This document shows, piece by piece, positions 29,196 through 39,990 of a stretch of DNA of 64,000 nucleotides. A program made the translations under genes and the position numbers. The notes under the pieces were generated by a model. That model was not told the origin of the DNA and did not search any database. It saw nothing but the letters and a program-made list of their open reading frames with translations. The stretch lies in assembly GCF_009914755.1 (NCBI RefSeq), contig NC_060927.1; one strand, 5' to 3'. The DNA is from the human T2T-CHM13v2.0 reference genome, Homo sapiens. How positions within the stretch are numbered: position 1 is the stretch's first letter; the number at the start of each line of letters is the position of its first letter.

Positions 29196-29566
29196 TGATA
29201 TGCTTTTTCTCTGTGTCCCCACTCAAATCTCATCTCAAATTATAATCCCCATGTGTCCAGGGAGGGATGTGACGAGAGGCGATTGGATCATAGGGGTGGT
29301 TTCCCCCGTGTTGTTCTCATGATAGTGAGGAAGTTCTCACAAGAACTGATGGTTTTAAAAGTGTTTGACAATTCCCTCTTCACTCCTTGTCTCTCCTGCT
29401 GCCTTGTGAAGACAATGCCTATCTTCCCTTCACCTTCTACCATGATTGTAAGTTCCCTGAGGCCTCCCCAGCCATGTGGAACTCTGAGTCAAGTAAAGCT
29501 CTTTCCTTTATAAATTACCCAGTCTCAGGTAGTATCTTTATAGCAGTGTGAAAACAGACTAACACA
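29196..29566 (+). mobile_element. THE1D-like solo LTR inside the L1
   Basis: tgatatg...ctctgtgtcccc...aaaacagactaacaca; 5-bp TSD CTGCA at 29191-29195 and 29567-29571. Confidence 0.9.
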
Positions 29567-29924
29567 CTGCATCATCTCACTTATATGTGGAATCTAAAAA
29601 AGTAAAACTCAGAGAAACAGAGAATAGAAGACTGGTTATCAGAGGTCAGAGACTGAGGAAAATAGGCAGATGTTGGTCAAAGGGTATGAACATTCAGATA
29701 CAAGATTCATAAGTTTTGGAGACCTAATGTATAGCATTGTGACTATACTTAATAATAGTGTATACTTGAAATTTGTGAGGAGAGCAGATCTTAAGTATTC
29801 TCATCACAAAGAGAAAAAATGATAATGATATAAGGTGACAGGTATGCCAGTTATAATAGCTTGGGGCTGGCAATCATTTCACAATGTGTACATACATCGA
29901 AATGTCACATTGTACTCCTAAATA

Positions 29925-30261
29925 CGGTCATGTGCCACATTAACATATTTTGGTTGACAGTGGACCACATATACAATAGTGGTCCCATAATATTATCATA
30001 CAGTATTTTTTACTATACCTTTTCTATGTTTAGATATATTTAGATATACAAATACTTATCTTTGTGTTACAATGGCCTATAGTATTTAGTACAGTAATAT
30101 GCTGTGCAGGTTTTAGCCTAGGAGCAATAGGCTATACCATATAACTTAGGTGTGTAGTTGGCTATATTATCTAGGTTTATAATCTATAGTGTTCCCACAA
30201 TGACATCACCTAATGATGTGTTTCTCAGAAGGCATCTCTTTTGTTAAAGAACACACGGCTG
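29925..30261. mobile_element. Tigger3a/MER7A-like TcMar element inside the L1
   Basis: cggtcatgtgccacat...ggtcccataa...acacggctg, flanked by TA on both sides. Confidence 0.85.
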
Positions 30262-31959
30262 TATATATAATTTCTGATAATTATATCTCAATAAAGCTAG
30301 AAAAAGATAAAGGAAATATGACACTCAGTTAAATTAGATTTTTAGACAAATAATCACTATTTAGTATAAATATGCTCTATGCCATATTTGGCACACACTT
30401 GTGCTAAAAAATTTACTTATTTTTTTATTGGAAATTCAAATTCAGCAGAGCATCTTGTATGTTACCTGGCAACGTTAACCGATATGTATTTTTAACAAAA
30501 GTTGATAAAAATAATGATGACTTGTTTCCCTTTTCATCATTTATAAATATGTATTAACTGAACACACACACAGATGCACAAAGGCCATTGAACATAAAAG
30601 AAAGATGAATATCTGTACCTAGATTACAATCTATTTCACAAGGTATAACTTTTATTTCATTGACATTGTGCTTGAAGCTGTAGTCATTTTATGCAATGTC
30701 ACAGGTACTCAATAGAAGTGTTTTTGAATCCATGTGAGGCTTAATTCGATCATGAAGTTGCTTTGATCTGATTGGACTTTGTGAACTGTTATTCTCTCCA
30801 GATAAACAATAATGCAGAGGAAATCCATTTCTTGCTAGGGTGATGTGATATGCGTGTTGAAGAATAAGCAGAGGCCTGGCTCATTTGTCTGTGGAATTAA
30901 GACAACATTATGAGAATCAAAATCTTGAATGTGTTAGGTTACTGAGGATCCTCAAAGAACATTAGGAGTATCTCTGGAAAAAGAGTTTCCTAATCTAAAA
31001 CTTTCTAAATATTCACTTAAAACTTTGTGTCTTCTGTATCTTTCTCTATAAGGAAATGTAATGCTCTAAGTAGACATAAGATTAAGTTCTTAAAAAAACT
31101 ACTAGCAAAGAAAGTTTAATGTGAAATTTAACCTTTGCTGTTGTGTTACTGTAAACTCATATAAAAAACATGCTGACTAGAAGTGTGAGAATGATATTTT
31201 TGTCATAAGATTCTCACATGTTAGGAACTCGAAAAGGAAATATAAAAACCCAGGAGTCGCATTAAATGATATAACATTGAACACTCTAAAGTAAAAATGA
31301 TTCTTGTTAGTGGGTCTCTGCATTTTGAAAGCTTTAAAATTAAAGTGCTGTAAGTAATTTTTATAAATAGCTGAAATTTTTGTTTTTTACTAGATTAGAG
31401 ACTACATTAGGTGGTGAGAGTATCCTGTCTATTGTACTCAACCATAAAGGTTTGACTGTTCAATTTAGAATTTTCATAAAATGTAATATTTTCAGAGTTC
31501 TTACTATTATTAATTGTCAGTGCCTTTTTTCATCTGTGACTTTAGTCAGCTGGGTTTGCCATTATCATGAGCAACAGTGGAAGGGAAGGAAGGTACAAAG
31601 GCACTATAGTGAGACGACTGACCTCAACAGTCTGTAACCATTTCACGGTTTTTTCAGAATTATAAAATAAATAATTACATTTCAATCACATCATTATAAA
31701 TAGTAGCAATAGTTAATGTGAAGTGCTTACCATGGTGTGTATAAATAGATACTGTTTGATATTTAAGCCAGCATCTGAACTTGTAATGATTTTTCCCACC
31801 ACCTACAAATGAAATTTGTCTAAAAATGAACATCCCAGACAATCCACCATGAATTTGAAAATAGAAGCTAGTGACTCATGCATCATCACCTCTTTCCCTT
31901 TTACTCTATGTCTTCATGCCCTCAAGTGTCAGCATTTAGGTTCAAGGTATCAAGGAAAG

Positions 31960-32650
31960 AGCAAGTTCTCTGGTCTCAGAGGATCTGGGTTTGAACTCTG
32001 TAGAGGAGGAAAGATTTCTTTCCCTACTCATTACTAGGTTCATAGCTAAGGCACCTATAACAAAAGACAGATTAACAAGCATAGACATTTATTTTATATA
32101 AGTTTTATGTAATTTGGGAGGCTTCAGAAATCAAGACCCAAATAAACAGGGAAACCTGTGTTTTTTTACATTTAGTTTGGTGAAGAAATGGATAGTTGTA
32201 GAGAAGTGTGATTAGACAAATGAGGTCCAATCAAATGGTAATAAACTGGAGGGAACATAGAAGGGCCTATTTGTTCAGATTCTTCTCTGTTATCTTCAGA
32301 GATTAGGATATTGTTTTTCCTTGGGTATGGAGTGGGCACCTCTGGAATGAAGATTTTATAAACTGCTTCAGAAGAGAAGGACCAGAAAAAGATGAGAGTG
32401 GCTTTCCTGCTTTTGTTATTTTCTGAAATGCGAAAATACCATATTTTGGAGTAGCATGTCTGGAACCTCATCAACTTTATACTATTAACCACATCTCAGT
32501 AAGCAACAATAACTCTAGTGAATTCTAATTTCTATTTATAATATGAATCCTTGATTATTTAATGAGGAAAAAATAAGTTACCTAAGAAAGCACTTATCAT
32601 AATGCTTTACATTTATAACAGGGATTCAAAAAATATTATGTTACTCCTCT
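31960..32650 (+). mobile_element. MIR interrupted by an ERV1 LTR
   Basis: ggatctgggtttgaactc before the LTR; aaagcacttatcataatgc...tcaaaaaatatta after it. Confidence 0.55.
31999..32473 (-). mobile_element. MER31-like ERV1 solo LTR
   Basis: TG...CA termini; ends ccatattttggagtagcatgtctggaacctcatca; near 4-bp TSD actc/actt. Confidence 0.75.
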
Positions 32651-34835
32651 TCTCCCAAGTCCTAGAGTCATTATACTTTATTAATACCTTACTCTTACTG
32701 AGTGCATATTATGTATCAGAAAATATTGAATGGCTTCATTTATGGTGTTGCTTTTAATCCTCACCATGCTTTTATGAAGTAGTTTCTATGATTTCTATTA
32801 TTCTTGTTTATAGGGGAGAAAAATAAGGTATCAAAGCTCAAAGATGTTAGTTACCTGTGGGTGTTTCTTTGCTCCCTTAACCACATGACTGCTTACCATT
32901 TGGGAATATAAGGTTTTAGATACATATTACACTAAATAATACTCTATATTTTTCCATTAACTATGTTTCAATTCAAGTATTCAAAGTGTATTAGTTGTCT
33001 GAGTATAATGCACTATATAGGCACTATGGAAAAATACACATCTAACTAAGAGTCTCTTATCTCAAGAAACTCAAAATTGGAAGCAATCCTTATTAGTTCC
33101 AACCTCTAATCCATTGGCTGAACCATGAGTCTTATTTTATGATCACTTAGAACACAAAGAAGACAACAACCATATTGTATTCTCTTGGGCTATTAGAAAT
33201 CAGAAATTACTAGTATAGATAAATTGCCAAGACACGCAGCTGAGAATTTATGCACATGCTAATGAAATCTGGTCATCAGGGCAATTTACTGAAGTTAAGG
33301 CAACTCAATTAGAAGAAAAAGAATAATGGATATGGAATTAACTTTAAGAAGTAATTTTAACAGTAGACACAAAGAGTTCAGCTTGCGTTCTATATTGCAT
33401 GAGGAGATTATAAAATTCAGACATAAATTTATTGGTATTTAATCCCAATTATAATAAAAACTTGAAAAAAATAAGAGCATTTAATTCTGCTTCCCATAAG
33501 CATTGGGATTTTGAAATGAGAGTTTTATTTTTAAATGAAGATCAAATGTTCTTCTATGGTTATAAAAGAAGCCCCAGAGTCATATTTTAATAAAATGTAA
33601 TTAAAAACCGATAAACTAGTAAACTTCATGCAGCTTAAAATAAGCCTTCTCATACAGGACAATGAACGCTAGATTAATGCAGTTGTTGCTATAATCTCTA
33701 TGCTGTTCAGGGCCTGAATTCCAGCATTATTTTAAATTTTGAAATAATGGAGACATTAGACGGAGTGACTTCATAATATTGAGCAGTATACTTTTAGATT
33801 ATAGAATGAAAAATTAATTCCATTTTTTCAGAGCTGTACTACGAACTAGATTGTTAAGGAGGCATTTAGATTATTCATTTATTTCAAAGAGAAAGATCAC
33901 TGTGTTAGATTGAATGTGAAACTATCTCACTCTTTGGTTGTCGATTGGCCAACATTATCTACTGAATTTTGTGTATTAATACAGACAGTGAGTTATCTAC
34001 GTTTTTAACACAGAAACATTGGTTATAAATGAACAAAAATATATTGGGTCTAAAAATTTCTATCTGTCAAAGGCATTTATTTGACATATTCCATTCTACC
34101 TATCAAAATACTCAAATCCTCTATTAAATACTAAAAACAGTTTCTGGCTAAATACTAACATAATTGAATTTAAACTAAACATGTCAGAATATTATCTATC
34201 ACATTAGCACTGTTTCACTCAGTTTTATTATCCAAGATGTTGTGCATTTATTTCCGTTTTTCTGCAATTGCCCAAAATATTTTGTGAACTAAATTTGGAA
34301 ATTATTGATAGAATTAGAAGCATGTCTATTTGAATACTCAGAATTAAATAGAAAAAGGAAGTTTTGGAACTCATCTTTTGGGAAAACAATTACATATGAA
34401 TATATGTATTTCTGTGCTGTGTGAAAGACTGTGGATTAATAAATGTAGCGTCATTAACTGTGGTTATTTCAGGAGAAGGGAGTTGAAAAATAGAAAACTT
34501 ATATTTAAATTTTATTTAATATTTCTTGAAATTGTTTTCATTGGAATGATGTGCATCACATATAGAAGGAAAAAAAACCAACGAAGTTATATTTAAAGAT
34601 GTGTAAAGACGAAAATTACAGAAAAAGAAAATGCCTTCCTCCTCATAGTAATAGGGCTCCGATGAGTGGAGAGACAACAGGGTTCTTCATCTCCAGTTGA
34701 ATTAGAAGAAACGACATGGACACACGTGGAGCAGTTTTAAGGAGCAGGGAGTTTAATAGGCAAGAAAGAAGGGGGAAGAAAGAAAGAAGCTCCCCTGTAC
34801 AGAGACAGAGGGAGGGTGGCTCCAAAGCCGAGAGG

Positions 34836-35407
34836 TGTTATATATAAAGTTTCGGTGCCGCAAAGGAAATAGCACTCGAATATAAAATTTTCTTTTTAAT
34901 TCTCAGCAAGGCAAGTTACTTCTATAGAAGGGTGCACCCTTACAGATGGAGCAATGGTGAGCGCACACTTGGAGAACGGAGGGGAAGGGGTTCTTATCCC
35001 TTACGCACATGGCCCCTACTGCTGTGTGGTTCCCCTATGGGCTAGGGTTAGACCGCATAGGCTAAACTAATTCCAGTTGGCTAATTTAAAGAGAATAATG
35101 GGGTGAGTGCTTTGGCGAGAGTCAGGGCAGAGCAGGTAGCAGGTAATTGGAATAAGTTAGGGTGGAGCAGGTGATTGCAATGTAGGGTGGAGCAGGTGAT
35201 TGCAATGTAGGGTGGAGCAGGTGATTGCAATGTAGGGTGGAGCAGGTGATCAGAATGAATCAGGGTGGAGTAGGTAATTGGGATGAGTCAGGGTGGAGTA
35301 GGTAACTGAAAAAGGTTACTTTAGGAGGAAGTTTAAAAGTAGAAGGCAAAGAATTGAACATAATGACATTAATTCTTTGAAAAGAAATTTAGAACTCATA
35401 TCTAACA
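34836..35407 (-). mobile_element. LTR10 (A/F-like) solo LTR
   Basis: Reverse complement begins tgttagatatgagttctaaatttc; TG..CA ends; 4-bp TSD GAGG at 34832-34835 and 35408-35411. Confidence 0.88.
35120..35308. repeat. LTR10 internal VNTR (25-28 bp units)
   Basis: tagggtggagcaggtgattgcaatg repeated perfectly ~3.7 times at 35158-35250, flanked by 28-bp variants with TGAATCA and TGAGTCA (35284-35290). Confidence 0.93.
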
Positions 35408-36149
35408 GAGGGAACCCCGCCTTCAGGTAATATTAACTACCTATATCTGATGGCTGGAGGAGATGTTGCCTGCTTTGCATAGGGCTCAGGGGATTGGTTT
35501 GACCAGGCATGTCATTCACGTAGCCCGCGAAAAAGCTGGCCCTCCCACCCTGGCCTTTTAATATGCAAATGTAGAGCACTATGATGTTCCACACACGTGG
35601 GGATGTGTGGAGGCGGGCTTGTCGCCAGGCACATGTGGGAGCAAGGGCAAGAGGACAACGGTGGGAATCGCCATGTTGGGTGGACCCAGTTTCCAATGGC
35701 TGGTATTTGCTAATCAGAGGTTGCCTGCCGGGGTCTAAGACCCAAGGCTTTCATACTAGACAAGAGCTGCGAAAAATCTTCCAAGGACCCCTTTTTTCCT
35801 CTCTCTGCCTAAAATAATTTCTTAATAACTCCTACCTCAAGAGGGAATAAATATCTTGACTGTCATCACAACCCTATCCTGAGAAAATGAGACGTTTAGA
35901 GTTGTTACTTTCTAGATAACACACAGCTACTAAATGGTAGGTCAAACTTTTTGATCTATTTATGTCCAAGACCTATGTTTTTAGCCACTATATGATAATC
36001 CTATTATTTTCCAAAAAAACCTCATTGTATTTTTGTCTGAAATTATATATTTTTATTTGTCCTAGAGAATAAAGTAAAAATAATTTTAAAGCCTTTCTTT
36101 AATTGAGATATCTTTCTTTCTATATTGAAGATATGTGACTGCTTCATTA

Positions 36150-36550
36150 AGAGGTTACATTTTGTACTTTTTGTGTCTGATTTATTTTTCTCAACAGAGT
36201 GTTTTAGAAATTCATTCATGTTGTTTTTTATAGCTGCAGTTCATACCTTTTTATTTCTGGGTAGTATCTATTGTATGAATATACCACAATTTGTTTATCT
36301 AATCTCCTTTTGTGGGCATTTGGGTTGTTTCCAGGTTTTGGCTATTATATGTAAGGCTGCTGTGATTATTCTTTCACAGGTTTTTTGAGGACACATTCTC
36401 CTCACTCCTACTTTTCTCAGGTAAATACCTAGGAATGGAATTGCCGGGAGATAAGGTAAGAAACTGCCAATGAGTTTTCCAGAGTTGTGCCACTCTACAG
36501 TCTCATCAGCAATGTGTAAGAGTTCCAACCTCTGTATGTCACTCATATTT
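36150..36550 (-). mobile_element. L1ME/MC-type 3' fragment
   Basis: ttgtatgaatataccacaatttgtttatc...gggcatttgggttgtttccaggttttggct...gtaaatacctaggaatggaattg. Confidence 0.8.
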
Positions 36551-38854
36551 TCCTCTTTCTCTCAGAAACTGCGCAGAACTTTTTGAAGAATACCTAAGCA
36601 ATAAGAACACAAATAGCCCTTCACTCTGACTTATACAAGAGTGTAATGCAATTGAAATGAGGGTAAAGTCAAACATCTTTCTACAGCATTTCATATTAGA
36701 TCACATGGTGAAATGGTTCTTAACAATGGCTGAAGTTATTACCAAAACATTCTTCATAAATAAACTCACTCATAATGTCAGGTATAGACATGCATGAACG
36801 GACAGATTTTCTAAAGTGGAAGAGTGTGACAGTAATGACTATTTGAGTGCACATGTGAGACAGCCTTAAAGATGTCTTTGACTAGTAGGGATTGAGCACA
36901 GTCAGAATTTTAGAAAGTCTACCGATAAAGCCTGAGCCAGGAAAAATATCATTATTAATCCCTGCCACAGTGTTAGAGGAAAATATTAATATCTGATTGG
37001 ACTTTAATGCTCCCTGATAAAGATAGATAAATACAAGCATTTTGCATATGGCCCACACATATACACAACTACAGAAAGTAAAATGACCTTCTCTTATAAA
37101 ATCCAAAGCTTACTTCCTTACTTTTCTTTACAATTAGTTTTTAAGAAGTTACAGTGTCTGGTGGTGTGGGTGGGGATGAATGTCAGGATTATTATTGCAG
37201 TTGACAAGCAGGGCAGCTAAGTTTTTCTATTAGCTTGAAAAAAAATGCTTTGTGATGCTCTTTGGTTAACTCGATAGCATAGACAAACTAAAATAAACTT
37301 GTAAGCAAACCATTTTTGTGTCTTTATTATATATATTTGTTTCTTGAAACTTCCAATAATCTAGAAAAAGTTACTACACAGTATTTGTGTAGAAAGAAAA
37401 TTTTTACAGAATAAGTACATTATTGTCATTGCAAAACTACTACTTCAATGATTATTCATTTCTAGGACAAACATGAAAAGTAGATGGCCTTATGTTAATA
37501 CACATTTTTTTCCCAAAAAGTTTATGTGGATATGAGTTATTTGAATATGTTTAACATACATTAAATGCGTCTGCTTGTCAGGCCAAACCCTGGATCTGTG
37601 TATCATCATACATTGATGCATAATAAAATCATAAGATGTCTGGGTTGGAAAAAAAATCACCCTGTAATACTGTGTCTAATATTGGGACTATAGTGAAAAT
37701 AATTTCAAGCTCTAATTTAGATTCCAGGAATACATTTGCCATGCCTTGACAGCATTAGAACACATTCTCACAGATTTCCTGGGCCCTATTTACTTTGGCT
37801 CTTGTGGTGTCTCTGGCAATGGAAATGATATTAAAGTGCTATCTGGGCTTACTTATAAGGGAATAAAAGCTGTATCCCAGTCACCTATCATAATAATTCA
37901 TGTCGATAAGTGGAAGAGATAATACCCTGCCAGACAAAAAGTAATATCCTGTATTAAACTAATTTTATAGAAACTTTAAAAATGCATAAGAAAGTTGAGG
38001 GAGAAGGTCCTTTATAAATACCTGAATTGGAATCAAGAAGATATGTGGTTGATACAAATGATCAGTTGACTTTAAGCAGTCAAGAGTTGGAAGCTATTTC
38101 TCTTGCTTCCACTTTTTCATTCCTTTTCTCTCTCTCACACACATACACACAACACACACACACACCCACTTCCGACTATTGCTTGTCTTTTTCTGTTTTC
38201 ACTGACTTATGCCATTATGAGAAACAGAAAAAATCCATCATAACAGGAATTTTGTGACACACACACACAAAACAATAAAAACAGCACACACAAAGCAAAA
38301 CTGAAACAACAAATTTGAAAACAATGGAATCCAGGCTATTCCTGATACTCTTGGTAGGTGGAACAGTTTGAGAGTCATGCCCAAGTTTCCTGATGGAAAA
38401 TAAGTGGATTCTGTCATTTATTCTATACTTCTTTCAGTCTAAGATACAAAGTCACAGAAAGAAAATCCAATTAGCCATGTTAAGATCACTTCACTTCTTC
38501 CAAAGTACAGAGAGAAAGATCTGAAATGAAAGCACCAATCACCAGAAATGGCAGCAGGAAAGATGGAGCTACTGTTTTCAAAAGGAAACCAAATACAATT
38601 AGGATGATGAGCAGATATTGAGGACTGTAAACAAACAAAACTCTACGAAACTCTTCCAAACATATAATTCTGCCTTTATAAACTGAAGATAAGTGACATT
38701 GAATCATCTACTAATACATATTTTTCAAAAATGACTGCCCCCACTAGGAAAAAAGTAAATTACAACAACAGCAAAACAGAAAATAAATGTGTTGGGAATT
38801 GGGGAATGCAGATTGGATATTGATAAAGAATCTCCCAACCCCATCATTCTGACC

Positions 38855-39050
38855 ATAGTTTGAATCCTGGCTCTCTCTCTTGAATGTTTTGTGATCTGGG
38901 ACATCTTACTCTCCTCTGATCCTCAGATTTAGTATCTTTCAATGGAAAAAATTTTACCTTCCTCAAACAGTTATACAGAATTAGCTACAACATATTAGAA
39001 TACTTTGCAAGTGCCTGACATAGTCAATTATTAATAGATGATTGCCACTA
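38855..39050 (+). mobile_element. MIR
   Basis: tttgaatcctggctct...tgtgatctggg...ctctgatcctcagatt...gtgcctgacatagt. Confidence 0.7.
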
Positions 39051-39609
39051 TAAATATATGCCACTATAAATATATTATTTCATAACTATTATATAATTTA
39101 TCGTTAACACAGTAACATATTATTGTTATTTTTATTATTATAGAAAGGTTGACTGACTTCTATCAAGTATATTCTACATTTTTTCAGGCAGGAAGAAGAA
39201 TTATTAATCAAAATAATTGTTTCACTCTCCTTAACGTACTTAGAAAAGTGTTATCTATCTAAAAGATGCCAAGGAAGCTTTTTTATTTTCCTGAAGGTAA
39301 TATTTCCATTGGCTTCCATCAATCAATAAACAAAAATTTGGTGAGCACACACAGTGGTGGATGGAATGCTCAAATGCATTATAAAATGAGCAAGTAAACA
39401 TATAGAGGATAAAGTGAATGGATACTATTTCATCAGAGTACAATAGTTTTATTTTGTCTTCCTTACTAATTTTTTTCAGGATCCGTATTCTAGAGAAATT
39501 TGTGTTCTTCTTAAAAAGTTTTTTATGAAGATGATCCTCTTCTTTTAGTCTAGTTTCTAGTCAAGTATGGAATCTTGCCAAGGAAAACTGAATGTGCAGT
39601 ATTGATGAT

Positions 39610-39990
39610 TACATGAGTCTGCTATTGCTGCCATAATGAAGTACCACAGACTGGGTGGCTTAAGCAATAGAAATTTATTTTCTCACAGTCTGGAAGCTAG
39701 AAGTCCAAGATCAAGGTAATGCTGAGGCTGATTTCCTCTGAGGCCTTACCACTTTGGCTTGCAGATGCAGTCTTCTTCCTGTGTCTTCACGTCGTCTTTT
39801 CTTTGTGTGTCTATGTTCCAAACTCTTTTTATAAGGAACCCAATCATATTAGATTAAGGCCTACCCTAGTTACCCATTTTACCTTAGTTCCCTAAAGTCC
39901 TTATTTCCAAACAAAGTCACATTCTGAGGCATTAGGAATTAGGGCTTCAGTGTTTACATTTTGGGAAGACACAATTCAGCTCACAAAATA
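39610..39990 (-). mobile_element. MLT1B/C-like MaLR LTR
   Basis: gctgccataatgaagtaccacagactgggtggctta...gaagtccaagatcaagg...gacacaattcagc. Confidence 0.88.

Larger units (their letters stand above)
28741..30310 (+). mobile_element. L1MA9/L1MB-type element with inverted 5' part (about 28741-29090 antisense, rest sense)
   Basis: Antisense ttttggatatacccagaagttggattgctggatc, then sense atttgcaacaac...ctcaataaagctagaaaaa. Degenerate TSD aagaaatataagaca / aggaaatatgaca. Confidence 0.8.
28703..30477. mobile_element. MER53-like palindromic hAT MITE, split into 28703-28740 and 30311-30477 by an L1
   Basis: Termini tagggtgtccagattt and cctggcaacgtta; internal cagttaaattagatttt...gaaattcaaatt. Confidence 0.75.
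34647..35839 (-). mobile_element. LTR9/MER61-type ERV1 LTR, interrupted by LTR10
   Basis: Reverse complement begins tgaggtaggagttattaagaaattattttaggcaga; halves at about 34647-34835 and 35408-35839. Confidence 0.75.

Noticed and set aside
35120-35308. Regularly spaced repeats as a CRISPR-like array
   Set aside because: Head-to-tail tandem units with no unique spacers, inside a primate LTR, and no cas genes
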